Source of the DNA: an uncultured Actinomycetes bacterium
Lineage (GTDB): Bacteria > Actinomycetota > Actinomycetes > S36-B12
Length of the DNA: 49,167 nucleotides
NCBI GenBank assembly: GCA_913057155.1
Contig: CAJXNV010000003.1
Coordinates: forward strand, 1-49,167
Direction of reading: 5' to 3'
Position numbers and translations under genes: made by a program. Of the stretch, positions 40,426 to 49,167 are shown piece by piece. The notes beneath the pieces were generated by a model, which saw nothing but the letters and a program-made list of their open reading frames with translations, was not told the DNA's origin and did not search any database. Within the stretch, counting starts at the first letter, position 1. The number at the start of each line of letters is the position of its first letter.

Positions 40426-41253
40426 TTACTGCAAGGCCTGTGAAGCCTGCGAAGAAGACTCCTGCGCTGAGCGCTCGGCGGCGACACTCGGCGGGATCGC
40501 CTCGGGCGGGACGTCCAGGCCCTGATCCAGCAGGGCCTTGGCCATGCGCTCGGTCACGGTCTGCAGCACCTTCACGCGCGCGAATCGCTTGTCCTCGGCT
40601 TCCACCACCGTCCAGGGTGCGAAGGAAGTGTCGGTGCGTTCGAGCATCTCGTTGACGGCGTCTTCGTACTCGGCCCACTTGTGGCGGTTGCGCCAGTCCT
40701 CGTCGGTGAGCTTCCAACGCTTGAGCAGGTTCTTCTCGCGGGCGTGGAAGCGACGCAACTGTTCCTCGGGACTGATGTGCATCCAGAACTTGATGAGCAC
40801 CATGCCCTCATCGGTGAGGGTGCGCTCGAAGGCCTTGATCTCGTCGTACGCGCGACGCCATTGCTCCTCGGTGGCGAAACCTTCTACCCGCTCGACTAGG
40901 ACCCGGCCGTACCAACTGCGGTCTAGCACCGCCATGCCTCCCCAACCGGGCAGCACCGGCCAGAATCTCGATAGGAAGTGGTGTCGCTTCTCGGCCTTCG
41001 TCGGTGCGGCGATCGATGCAACGCGCACGTGGCGCGGATCCATCGGCGAGACCAGTCGCCGAATCGCACCCCCCTTCCCGGAGGCGTCCCAGCCCTCGAA
41101 TATCGCGCAGATGGGCGGACCTAGCAGCCCTGATCCGTCGAAGATGCCTCCGTCGATCAGCCGCAGCATGACCAGGCGGCGTTGCTCGGCACTGAGCAGT
41201 TCGGCTTCCTGCGTCTTGGATATCCGTTGGGAGAGGTCGTAGTTGCTCAGCAC
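40426..41253 (-). CDS. ppk2: polyphosphate kinase 2 family protein
   Basis: FEGWDASGKGG, DRSWYGRVLVERV, KFWMHIS, WKLTDEDWRNR. Confidence 0.94.
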   Translation of the reverse strand: MLSNYDLSQRISKTQEAELLSAEQRRLVMLRLIDGGIFDGSGLLGPPICAIFEGWDASGKGGAIRRLVSPMDPRHVRVASIAAPTKAEKRHHFLSRFWPVLPGWGGMAVLDRSWYGRVLVERVEGFATEEQWRRAYDEIKAFERTLTDEGMVLIKFWMHISPEEQLRRFHAREKNLLKRWKLTDEDWRNRHKWAEYEDAVNEMLERTDTSFAPWTVVEAEDKRFARVKVLQTVTERMAKALLDQGLDVPPEAIPPSVAAERSAQESSSQASQALQ

Positions 41254-41297
41254 GCGACGATGGTGTCACACCGAACACCCGTGAAGCGCGCTCGCCG

Positions 41298-42539
41298 CTA
41301 AGCCGACCGGCGACCGCGGTACTGGGAACGCACCCGCTGGAGTCCGTGTGCGATGAACGCCCCGACTTGATCGTCCTCGACGAGGAAACCGTCGTGTCCG
41401 TACGGGGAGCGCAGGACGTGCAATTCGTCGGCACCGGGAGTCAACTCGGCGAGTTCGGATTGCAGTCGCAGCGGGAAGAGGCGATCGGAGTCGATACCGA
41501 CCACGGTGAGGGGCGCATGGATCGTGGCCAAGGCCGAGGCGACGCCCCCGCGCCCACGTCCGAGATCGAACAAGGTCATCGCCTCGGTGAGGGCGATGTA
41601 GGTGTTGGCATCGAAGCGTCGGGCGAGTTTGTCGGCGTGGTGATCGAGGTAGGACTCCACCGCGAAGCGTCCTCGTTCGAACGGCATGTCATCGGCGTGT
41701 GGCGGTTCCGTCTGTTCCGGCGGGTACGGGTCCTCGCCGGTTTGCGCCCCGCGCCCGAAGCGAAGGTCGAGTTCGGTCTCGCTGCGGTAGGTCAGATGCG
41801 CGATCCGACGTGCCAAGCCCATGCCGCGATGCGGACCATCGCCCGGCGCTGCGTCGTAGTAGTCGCCGCCGCGGAACTTCGGATCCATCCGGATCGCCTC
41901 GATCTGTGCAGTGTGCGTGCCGATTTGATCGGCGGTCACCGCAGCCGTCGAACCCAACACGAGCCCGCCCCGCACCCGCTCGGGGTAGCGGACCATCCAC
42001 TCCAGTACCCGCATTCCGCCCAGGGACGGCCCGAGCATCAGTGCCCATTCGTCGATGCCGAGTCGGTCGCTCAGCGCGCGCTCCACCTCGACCATGTCGC
42101 CGACGGTGACGGTGGGGAAACGCGAACCCCAGGGGCGTCCGTCGGGGGCCGCGCTGACCGGTCCCGTCGTGCCCTGGCACCCGCCCAGGACGTTGGCACA
42201 GACCACGAAGTAGCGATCGGTATCGATCGGGCGCCCCGGACCCACGAGACCGGACCACCATCCACCGGTCGCATGCCCCGGGCCGGCGTCGCCGGTCACG
42301 TGCGAATCACCGGTGAGGGCATGCGCCACGTAGACCGCATTGGACCCATCGGCGTCCAAGGTGCCCCACGTCTCGTAGGCGACGCGCACGGACGGGAACA
42401 CGAATCCCGATTCGGTACGCGTGGGCCCTAGGTCGAGGAAGCGTCGTTCACCGGGCGGATCCCCCTCCCGCCACGCGGCGGTGGCGGGAGGGGGCCCGGA
42501 GTACTCCAAGGGTCCGTAACCCGTGGGGGCTGATGGCAC
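41298..42539 (-). CDS. metX: homoserine O-acetyltransferase
   Basis: HALTGD, NVLGGCQG, GPSLGG nucleophile, SDRLFP, GHDGFL. Confidence 0.95.
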   Translation of the reverse strand: MPSAPTGYGPLEYSGPPPATAAWREGDPPGERRFLDLGPTRTESGFVFPSVRVAYETWGTLDADGSNAVYVAHALTGDSHVTGDAGPGHATGGWWSGLVGPGRPIDTDRYFVVCANVLGGCQGTTGPVSAAPDGRPWGSRFPTVTVGDMVEVERALSDRLGIDEWALMLGPSLGGMRVLEWMVRYPERVRGGLVLGSTAAVTADQIGTHTAQIEAIRMDPKFRGGDYYDAAPGDGPHRGMGLARRIAHLTYRSETELDLRFGRGAQTGEDPYPPEQTEPPHADDMPFERGRFAVESYLDHHADKLARRFDANTYIALTEAMTLFDLGRGRGGVASALATIHAPLTVVGIDSDRLFPLRLQSELAELTPGADELHVLRSPYGHDGFLVEDDQVGAFIAHGLQRVRSQYRGRRSA

Positions 42540-42541
42540 GT

Positions 42542-43858
<1,317 letters not shown>

Positions 43859-43965
43859 GGTCTTCTCCTTGTGTGCTCGAGAGTTGTCTCGGTGGCAACT
43901 GGATCAGGCCGGTGACCGTGCATAGGGCGCCGACCTCGCATCCAGTCGGGGCCTTGCCCTACGCA

Positions 43966-44072
43966 AGACCCGCGCTTGCCCACCAGGGGCCAGGTCTCCA
44001 CCGGGAGCACCCCACCGCGGTTGGAGGGTTGCCGTCCAGCAAGCCGGGGCTTGACGCTGGATCTCTTGACCT
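43966..44072 (-). ncRNA. SAM-IV riboswitch in the metY-metX leader
   Basis: Minus strand GGTCAAGAG-TCCAGC..AAGCCCCGGCTT-GCTGGA-CGGCAACC-CTCC..GCGGTGGGG..CCCGG..GACC..GGCAAGCGCGG matches the SAM-IV pattern as I recall it; lies upstream of Met genes. Confidence 0.9.
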
Positions 44073-45072
44073 AGGACGGGACTATATCCAATACCGGCAC
44101 ATCCGCCAAGAAGGCCCGCACGGTCTGCGGTGGGACGCCGGTTCGGACGGTGTCCTCGAGTAGGGCTCCGAGCACGTTCCCCGGGTCGTCGAGCAGGCAC
44201 CTTTCCAGGGCCACGTTCGCCCGCACCCCATCCCCGCACAGCCACGCCACGACCCCCGCCGCCGCCGCGACGTTCCCAGCGTGCCCCGGTGGCGTAGCCC
44301 GAGTGCAGCGCAGGAGCGAGAGCAGCACGGGAGCGCATTCACTCGCCGGCAGGTTGGCGGCCGCCAACACCAGCAGGTCGCGCCCCACGGGATCGAGGCA
44401 GGCATCGCGCAGTTGGCGCTCCTCCGGCACCGGGACATGCGGACGCGTTCGGGCATCCCCCTGTCGGTCGTCGGTTGCTCGGGACATGACGTGATCGACG
44501 AAGGTACGCACGCCAGCGAGCGCGGCCGAGCGATCAGCAGGCAACTCCCCCATCTCCTCGTACGCGGCCTCGTCGGCGTCGCACTCGGTTTCGATGCGGG
44601 TCCGCGAAAGCGCCGGTGTCGAGTCCGGGAAGCGCTGTGCTGCCCATTGGCGCGATCTGGCGTCTATCCATGTCCACTCACCTTCTGGGTCGCGCAGATC
44701 GCGCACCTGCGACCCGTGCACCTGCAACATGCCGCGGCACACGACGGGTAGATGCCGCTCGATGGCTCCGCGCAAGCCCTCGATCATGCGTTCGTGGCGG
44801 GTGACGATCACACAGATCGCGGCATCGGCCGGTACATGTCGGGCGGTGGCGAAGAACGCTGCCGCGTAGTCGCCTGCCGCGTTCGCGCCGTGCGAGGGCA
44901 GGTCCGCTCGCTGGGATACGACGAGCCTGTCGGCGCGCAGCCAAAGGCACACCAGGGACTCCACGGGGTAGAAACCCAGTAGGTGCGGCAGGCCCGCCGC
45001 GAGCGCGCCGGGGTCGTGCAGCAGGACGGTTGCTGTCGGATCGATCGATGGTTCTAGGGCGTTGTTCGTCAT
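44071..45072 (-). CDS. DUF4192 family protein
   Basis: LPHLLGFYPVESLV, RADLP, GRD, AWLCGDG..ANVALER. Confidence 0.88.
   Translation of the reverse strand: MTNNALEPSIDPTATVLLHDPGALAAGLPHLLGFYPVESLVCLWLRADRLVVSQRADLPSHGANAAGDYAAAFFATARHVPADAAICVIVTRHERMIEGLRGAIERHLPVVCRGMLQVHGSQVRDLRDPEGEWTWIDARSRQWAAQRFPDSTPALSRTRIETECDADEAAYEEMGELPADRSAALAGVRTFVDHVMSRATDDRQGDARTRPHVPVPEERQLRDACLDPVGRDLLVLAAANLPASECAPVLLSLLRCTRATPPGHAGNVAAAAGVVAWLCGDGVRANVALERCLLDDPGNVLGALLEDTVRTGVPPQTVRAFLADVPVLDIVPS
44081..44109 (-). promoter_or_regulatory. SigA-type promoter for riboswitch-metYX, inside the DUF4192 3' end
   Basis: TTGGCG (44109-44104), 17-nt spacer, TATAGT (44086-44081); predicted TSS about 44073, at the aptamer start. 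Confidence 0.65.
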
Positions 45073-45116
45073 CCGAACACACTCGCGGCCAGCGAACGCC
45101 CCTCGAAAGCGGCGCC

Positions 45117-45935
45117 TTAATCCTGTGGAGACCGCGCACGCGGCTTGTGGATCACCCGCAGGACCGGATCCTTGGGCTGCACTCCTTCACCGGAGGACAC
45201 GCGCCGTATCCGGCGCCCCGCCCACGGCAGCGCATGCGCCCCCAGCCAGCGGATGTCATCACTGCGGCGCCCCAGCCACGACAGGCGGGGCGGATCCGGG
45301 TCCGGGCTGCGCCAATCCGCCCGCGCGCTCTCGGGATCGACCACCCCGGTCCCCTGCCAGATCGCCTCCAGCACGGCTTCGGCCGTGATCCGGTGCCCGA
45401 TGGGTGATAGGTGCAGTCGATCCGCCGACCACATGCGCTCGTCGTCGTAGTGGGCGACGCCCCAGAAGTCCACCAGCCAGCAGCCGTGGATACGGGCGAT
45501 CTCCCGGGTGGCCGAGCGCAGCCCGGCCAGCCGCCCGGCCACCGCACCCAGGGCCCGGGATCGGCGCGTTGGATCACCGAACGCGAACAGCAACACCTGC
45601 GCGCCACTGGCGCGTAGCCGTGTCACCCCCTGCTCGAGATCGGTGGCCACGGCATCGAGGTCGAAGCTGCGGCGCAGCGCGTCATTGACCCCCACGCCCA
45701 ACGTCGCCAGATCCGGGCGCATGTCCACCGCCACCGGGACCTGCTCCTCGATCACCTGCCGGGTCAGCCGACCCCGTATCGCGAGATTGGCGTACTCGAT
45801 CGAATCGACCGACTGATCCGTCGCCAACCGCAGCGCCACCCGATCGGCCCAACCGGTGTTGCGACCATCGGATCGAAGGACGTCATCGAGACCTTCGGTG
45901 AAGGAATCACCGAGTGCTACGAACCGATGGATCAT
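45117..45935 (-). CDS. SGNH/GDSL hydrolase
   Basis: FVALGDSFTEG, GWADR, YANLAIRG, GVND, DRLH; start probably ATG 45935. Confidence 0.93.
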   Translation of the reverse strand: MIHRFVALGDSFTEGLDDVLRSDGRNTGWADRVALRLATDQSVDSIEYANLAIRGRLTRQVIEEQVPVAVDMRPDLATLGVGVNDALRRSFDLDAVATDLEQGVTRLRASGAQVLLFAFGDPTRRSRALGAVAGRLAGLRSATREIARIHGCWLVDFWGVAHYDDERMWSADRLHLSPIGHRITAEAVLEAIWQGTGVVDPESARADWRSPDPDPPRLSWLGRRSDDIRWLGAHALPWAGRRIRRVSSGEGVQPKDPVLRVIHKPRARSPQD

Positions 45936-46009
45936 GATCGAAGGTCCACATCGCTTGGAATGCACTCGTTTCGAATGCGCTCGCGTCGAGTGCATCGATG
46001 GCAGCAAAG

Positions 46010-46051
46010 GACCCGGCCGCCGAAGGCTTCCCCTCCCGCGACGACCGGGTC
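46010..46051 (-). terminator. probable intrinsic terminator after the lysylphosphatidylglycerol-synthase-TM gene
   Basis: Minus-strand 13-bp stem GACCCGGTCGTCG/CGGCGGCCGGGTC (2 G-U pairs) followed by CTTT. Confidence 0.55.
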
Positions 46052-46061
46052 GGGGAAAACA

Positions 46062-47171
46062 CTAGCCCGTCCCGTCCGCGTGCTGATCACCGACACTCCG
46101 TGTCGCGATCGCCTGCCCGGCACGCCGGTACCAGGTCACCAGGGCGATGAGTCCGACGAGGATCTGCGGGAAGTAGGAAGTGGCTCGCCACACCAGATCG
46201 GCGGCGGTCGCTGCACCCTTGTCGGTACCGCCGCTGACCAACAACTGGATCATCAGCGCGTCCATCGTCCCCAACCCGCCCGGCGTGATCGGGACCATCA
46301 ACATGATCTGGCTGACCGCGAACGCGCCGAAGGCGCTGAGGATGTCGGTGCCGGCCGACCCCCATCCTTCGACTCCCCGCAGCGCCGCGTACAAGATCAG
46401 GAATTGCGTCAGGGCTATCCCGATCTGGACGATCGTCAGCAGCTTCCATCGACGTCGCACCAGATCGGACATGTCGGCGCGGAAGCGCATGATCGGCCCA
46501 GCGAGATCGAGGTCCTTGAACCGCGCCACCCGTCGGGTGAGGGGACGAACGAGGGCGTTGGCCGCGTTGCCGACTCGCTCTGCCAGGTTCTGCGAGCGCA
46601 TCACGAGGGCGAAGAGCACGATGACCGTGACCAGGATCGCCAGCCCCAGGGGTCCGAGCCAGGCGACCGAGTCCCCCGTCCCGGTGATGGTCAAGGCCAG
46701 GACGCCGAGGATCGGGAAGCCCAGGCTCGTGAAGGTCGCCCACACGCTGACCGCGGTTATCGCCGCGGTGGCCGAACTTGCCGAGAGTCGATAACTCGTG
46801 AGCATGCCGAATTGCAGGGCTAGGCCGACAGCGCCACCGGCGGGCACCCCGTTACTGATCGTGAAGGCGGCCTGCTTGACCTGTTGCGATTGCCAGTAGG
46901 TCAGTGACTTCTCCGCTGCCTTGTAGATCAGGCCGTACACAGCGAGGTAGACGACGACCGCCACCGCGATGACACCGAGTGCGATCCACGTCATGGATTG
47001 CAGGGAATCGATCGCTTCGTTGTAACTGCCGATCTGCGGGATGACCCGCCAGAAGATCAACACGATGAGCGCCAACCCGATGACGCCCATGATCACGCTC
47101 TTGCGGACGTCGAGCTTGGCAGCAGGCGGCGCAACCGTCCCGGGATCGCCGTCGGGCGAACTTTGCGCCAT
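46062..47171 (-). CDS. lysylphosphatidylglycerol synthase TM-domain (YbhN/flippase-like) protein
   Basis: Multi-TM, SNGVPAGG, PITPGGLG, LVWR. Confidence 0.88.
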   Translation of the reverse strand: MAQSSPDGDPGTVAPPAAKLDVRKSVIMGVIGLALIVLIFWRVIPQIGSYNEAIDSLQSMTWIALGVIAVAVVVYLAVYGLIYKAAEKSLTYWQSQQVKQAAFTISNGVPAGGAVGLALQFGMLTSYRLSASSATAAITAVSVWATFTSLGFPILGVLALTITGTGDSVAWLGPLGLAILVTVIVLFALVMRSQNLAERVGNAANALVRPLTRRVARFKDLDLAGPIMRFRADMSDLVRRRWKLLTIVQIGIALTQFLILYAALRGVEGWGSAGTDILSAFGAFAVSQIMLMVPITPGGLGTMDALMIQLLVSGGTDKGAATAADLVWRATSYFPQILVGLIALVTWYRRAGQAIATRSVGDQHADGTG

Positions 47172-47241
47172 GGCCGGAGCCTGCCACACCCAGCCCTACC
47201 CCCCGGAGGGAACGGCCGATCACGTTGGGCAGGATGCAGCC

Positions 47242-47877
47242 ATGCGGCTCGATCATCTGTCCTATGCATGCACCACCAACGAGATCGCCGACGTCGTCCA
47301 ACGCATCGGTTCCGACCTCGGTGGCACGTTCGTCGACGGTGGTCGGCACCCCTCGTTCGGCACCAGGAATTTCATCCTTCCGCTCGCCGATGGCGCGTAC
47401 GTCGAGGTCGTCAGCGCGTTGGATCACCCGGCCGCTTTGAAGGCACCTTTCGGCCAGGCCGTGCACCACCGGGCCGAGGATGGCGGCGGTTGGCTGAGCT
47501 GGGTACTCGCCGTCGACGACATCACACCGGTCGAGCAGCGCCTAGGTCGCCAAGCGGTACGCGGACACCGCATCCGTCCCGACGGTGTGGAACTGTGCTG
47601 GCAGCAGATCGGCATCCTGGACACCATGGAAAGCCCGCAGGTGCCATTCTTCGTCGCCTGGGACTGCGAGGACACCGAGCACCCGAGCGCCGGTGGAACG
47701 GGCAGCGGCATAAGGATCTCCGCCATCGAGATCTCCGGGGATCCCCAAGCCGTCCTGCCGATCCTGGACCCGGGATCGGTGCTCGAAGGCGTGGAACTGC
47801 AGTGGATCGACGACGACGAACCGGGAGTGTCCGCCGTCGTCTTCGACACACCTGCGGGTAGCGTTCGCATTGACTGA
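47242..47877 (+). CDS. VOC/glyoxalase-like family protein
   Basis: MRLDHLSYA, GGRHPSFGTRN, YVEVV, PFFVAW. Confidence 0.9.
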   Translation: MRLDHLSYACTTNEIADVVQRIGSDLGGTFVDGGRHPSFGTRNFILPLADGAYVEVVSALDHPAALKAPFGQAVHHRAEDGGGWLSWVLAVDDITPVEQRLGRQAVRGHRIRPDGVELCWQQIGILDTMESPQVPFFVAWDCEDTEHPSAGGTGSGIRISAIEISGDPQAVLPILDPGSVLEGVELQWIDDDEPGVSAVVFDTPAGSVRID

Positions 47878-47897
47878 ACGATGATCAGGGAGTGAAT

Positions 47898-49013
47898 ATG
47901 GCCGACGACGACGAGTCGTCCGACGTTCCACCGACACTGATCAAGGCCGCCGGGATCACTTGGCGGGTGCTCGTCCTGCTGGCCGGATTGGTGGTCATCG
48001 GGTACGTCCTGAACATCATCTTCCCCGTAGTGCTGGCCTTCTTCCTGAGTTTGCTGGTGACGGCCCTCGCCTCGCCGTTGATGAACTTGTTGAACAAGTT
48101 CCTGCCCAAGGTCGTGGCGATGATCTTGTCCTTGGTCATCATCATCAGCCTGATCGTCACGATCTTGTTCATCGTCATCCGCTCGACCATCGCCGAGAGC
48201 TCGAACCTGATGTCGAGCCTGCAATCCGGGCTCACCGAGATCCGTTCGTGGTTGAAGGATGGCCCCTTCGGACTCACCGACCAGAGCATCAACAACTTGG
48301 TCACCCAAGCCGAGGGATGGGGCAAGACCGCAGCCGAAGGAGCGTTGAGCGCTGCCGCCGGCGAACTGAGCAACTTGGGCTCGGTGGTGATCGGTGGCTC
48401 GGTCTTCATCTTCGGCGTCATCTTCTTCCTGCTCACCCCCGACCGGATCTGGGGTTGGGTGGTCGGCTGGCTGCCGAGTTCGACCCGGGCCACCGTCGAT
48501 ACCTCCGGGCGCATCGCCTGGCATTCCATCTCCGGCTACACCAAGGGCATCGTCGTGATCGCCTTGGCGGACGCCACCTTGGTTTTCATCGGCCTGACCA
48601 TCCTTCAGGTGCCACTCGCCCCGGCGCTGGCTGCCGTGGTCTTCCTCGGCGCCTTCATCCCGGTGATCGGTGCTCCGATCGCGACCTTCTTCGCCGCCAT
48701 CGTGGCGCTTGCAGAACGCGGCCCGATCGTTGCCTTGTTGGTCATCCTCTTGACGTTCGTCGTGGGCGAGATCGACGGCCACATCCTGCAACCGCTCGTG
48801 ATGGGCAAGGCGGTCAACTTGCATCCGCTGGCCATCATCTTCGTCATCGCGGCCGGCAGCTTGGCGCTGGGCATCGTCGGCGCACTGGTAGCGGTGCCGA
48901 TCGCCGCGGCCATCTACGGGGTGGCGAAGTTCGTCACCGGTCGCGACCCCGATCATCCATATCCGCCGCCGCCCTATCAGGCCCCCGAGGCCGCGCAGAC
49001 GGCATCCGAATAG
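47898..49013 (+). CDS. AI-2E family transporter
   Basis: FIPVIG, DGHILQP, LHPLAI, GALVAVP. Confidence 0.92.
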   Translation: MADDDESSDVPPTLIKAAGITWRVLVLLAGLVVIGYVLNIIFPVVLAFFLSLLVTALASPLMNLLNKFLPKVVAMILSLVIIISLIVTILFIVIRSTIAESSNLMSSLQSGLTEIRSWLKDGPFGLTDQSINNLVTQAEGWGKTAAEGALSAAAGELSNLGSVVIGGSVFIFGVIFFLLTPDRIWGWVVGWLPSSTRATVDTSGRIAWHSISGYTKGIVVIALADATLVFIGLTILQVPLAPALAAVVFLGAFIPVIGAPIATFFAAIVALAERGPIVALLVILLTFVVGEIDGHILQPLVMGKAVNLHPLAIIFVIAAGSLALGIVGALVAVPIAAAIYGVAKFVTGRDPDHPYPPPPYQAPEAAQTASE

Positions 49014-49019
49014 TCGCGA

Positions 49020-49166
49020 CTACGGGCAGCATCCCTCGGCGTTGAGCAGGTCCAAGCCATCGGGCGATTCGTCCGTCACGGCGTAGGTCTCCCACTCCAG
49101 GCCATCAGGATCCACCACGTAGACCTTGTCCTGCTCGGCGTGGCAGCACACCACGGCATCCTCCCG
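49020..49166 (-). CDS. 3' end of an ArsI/CadI-family VOC metalloenzyme (partial; not in the ORF track)
   Basis: Translated by hand: REDAVVCCHAEQDKVYVVDPDGLEWETYAV...EGCCP*. Confidence 0.85.
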   Translation of the reverse strand, partial: REDAVVCCHAEQDKVYVVDPDGLEWETYAVTDESPDGLDLLNAEGCCP

Positions 49167-49167
49167 G

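Overview
This is a high-GC, very gene-dense chromosomal window from an actinomycete (Actinomycetota), with about 52 CDS. It is the conserved core region also seen in Mycobacterium and Streptomyces: msrB, DUF3000, rnd, fadA/fadB, dxs, acnA, an RNA methyltransferase, two trkA genes, DUF3159, an OB-fold gene, DUF3710, dut, DUF3093, DUF4193, suhB, sepH, tdk, topoisomerase IV A and B, and the principal sigma factor. After that come ppk2, metX/metY under a SAM-IV riboswitch, and DUF4192. I found no rRNA, tRNA, CRISPR array, transposase, integrase, prophage or defence island. The interesting signals are mostly regulatory or structural. (i) sepH is N-terminally short and appears to start at CTG, in frame with the upstream MFS gene. 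(ii) A TCCACAG (DnaA-box-like) motif sits 50-51 nt ahead of two uncharacterised genes. (iii) A perfect 22-bp palindrome precedes acnA and a GTTACT-N4-AGTAAC dyad precedes fadAB, each overlapping the upstream stop codon. (iv) An 81-nt hairpin fills the parE-fprA gap. (v) Leaderless promoters are pervasive. (vi) Heme genes and the TrkA membrane partner are missing from their usual slots. (vii) A methylmalonyl-CoA decarboxylase lies 4 nt behind sigA. All protein calls come from recognising motifs by eye; no searches were run.
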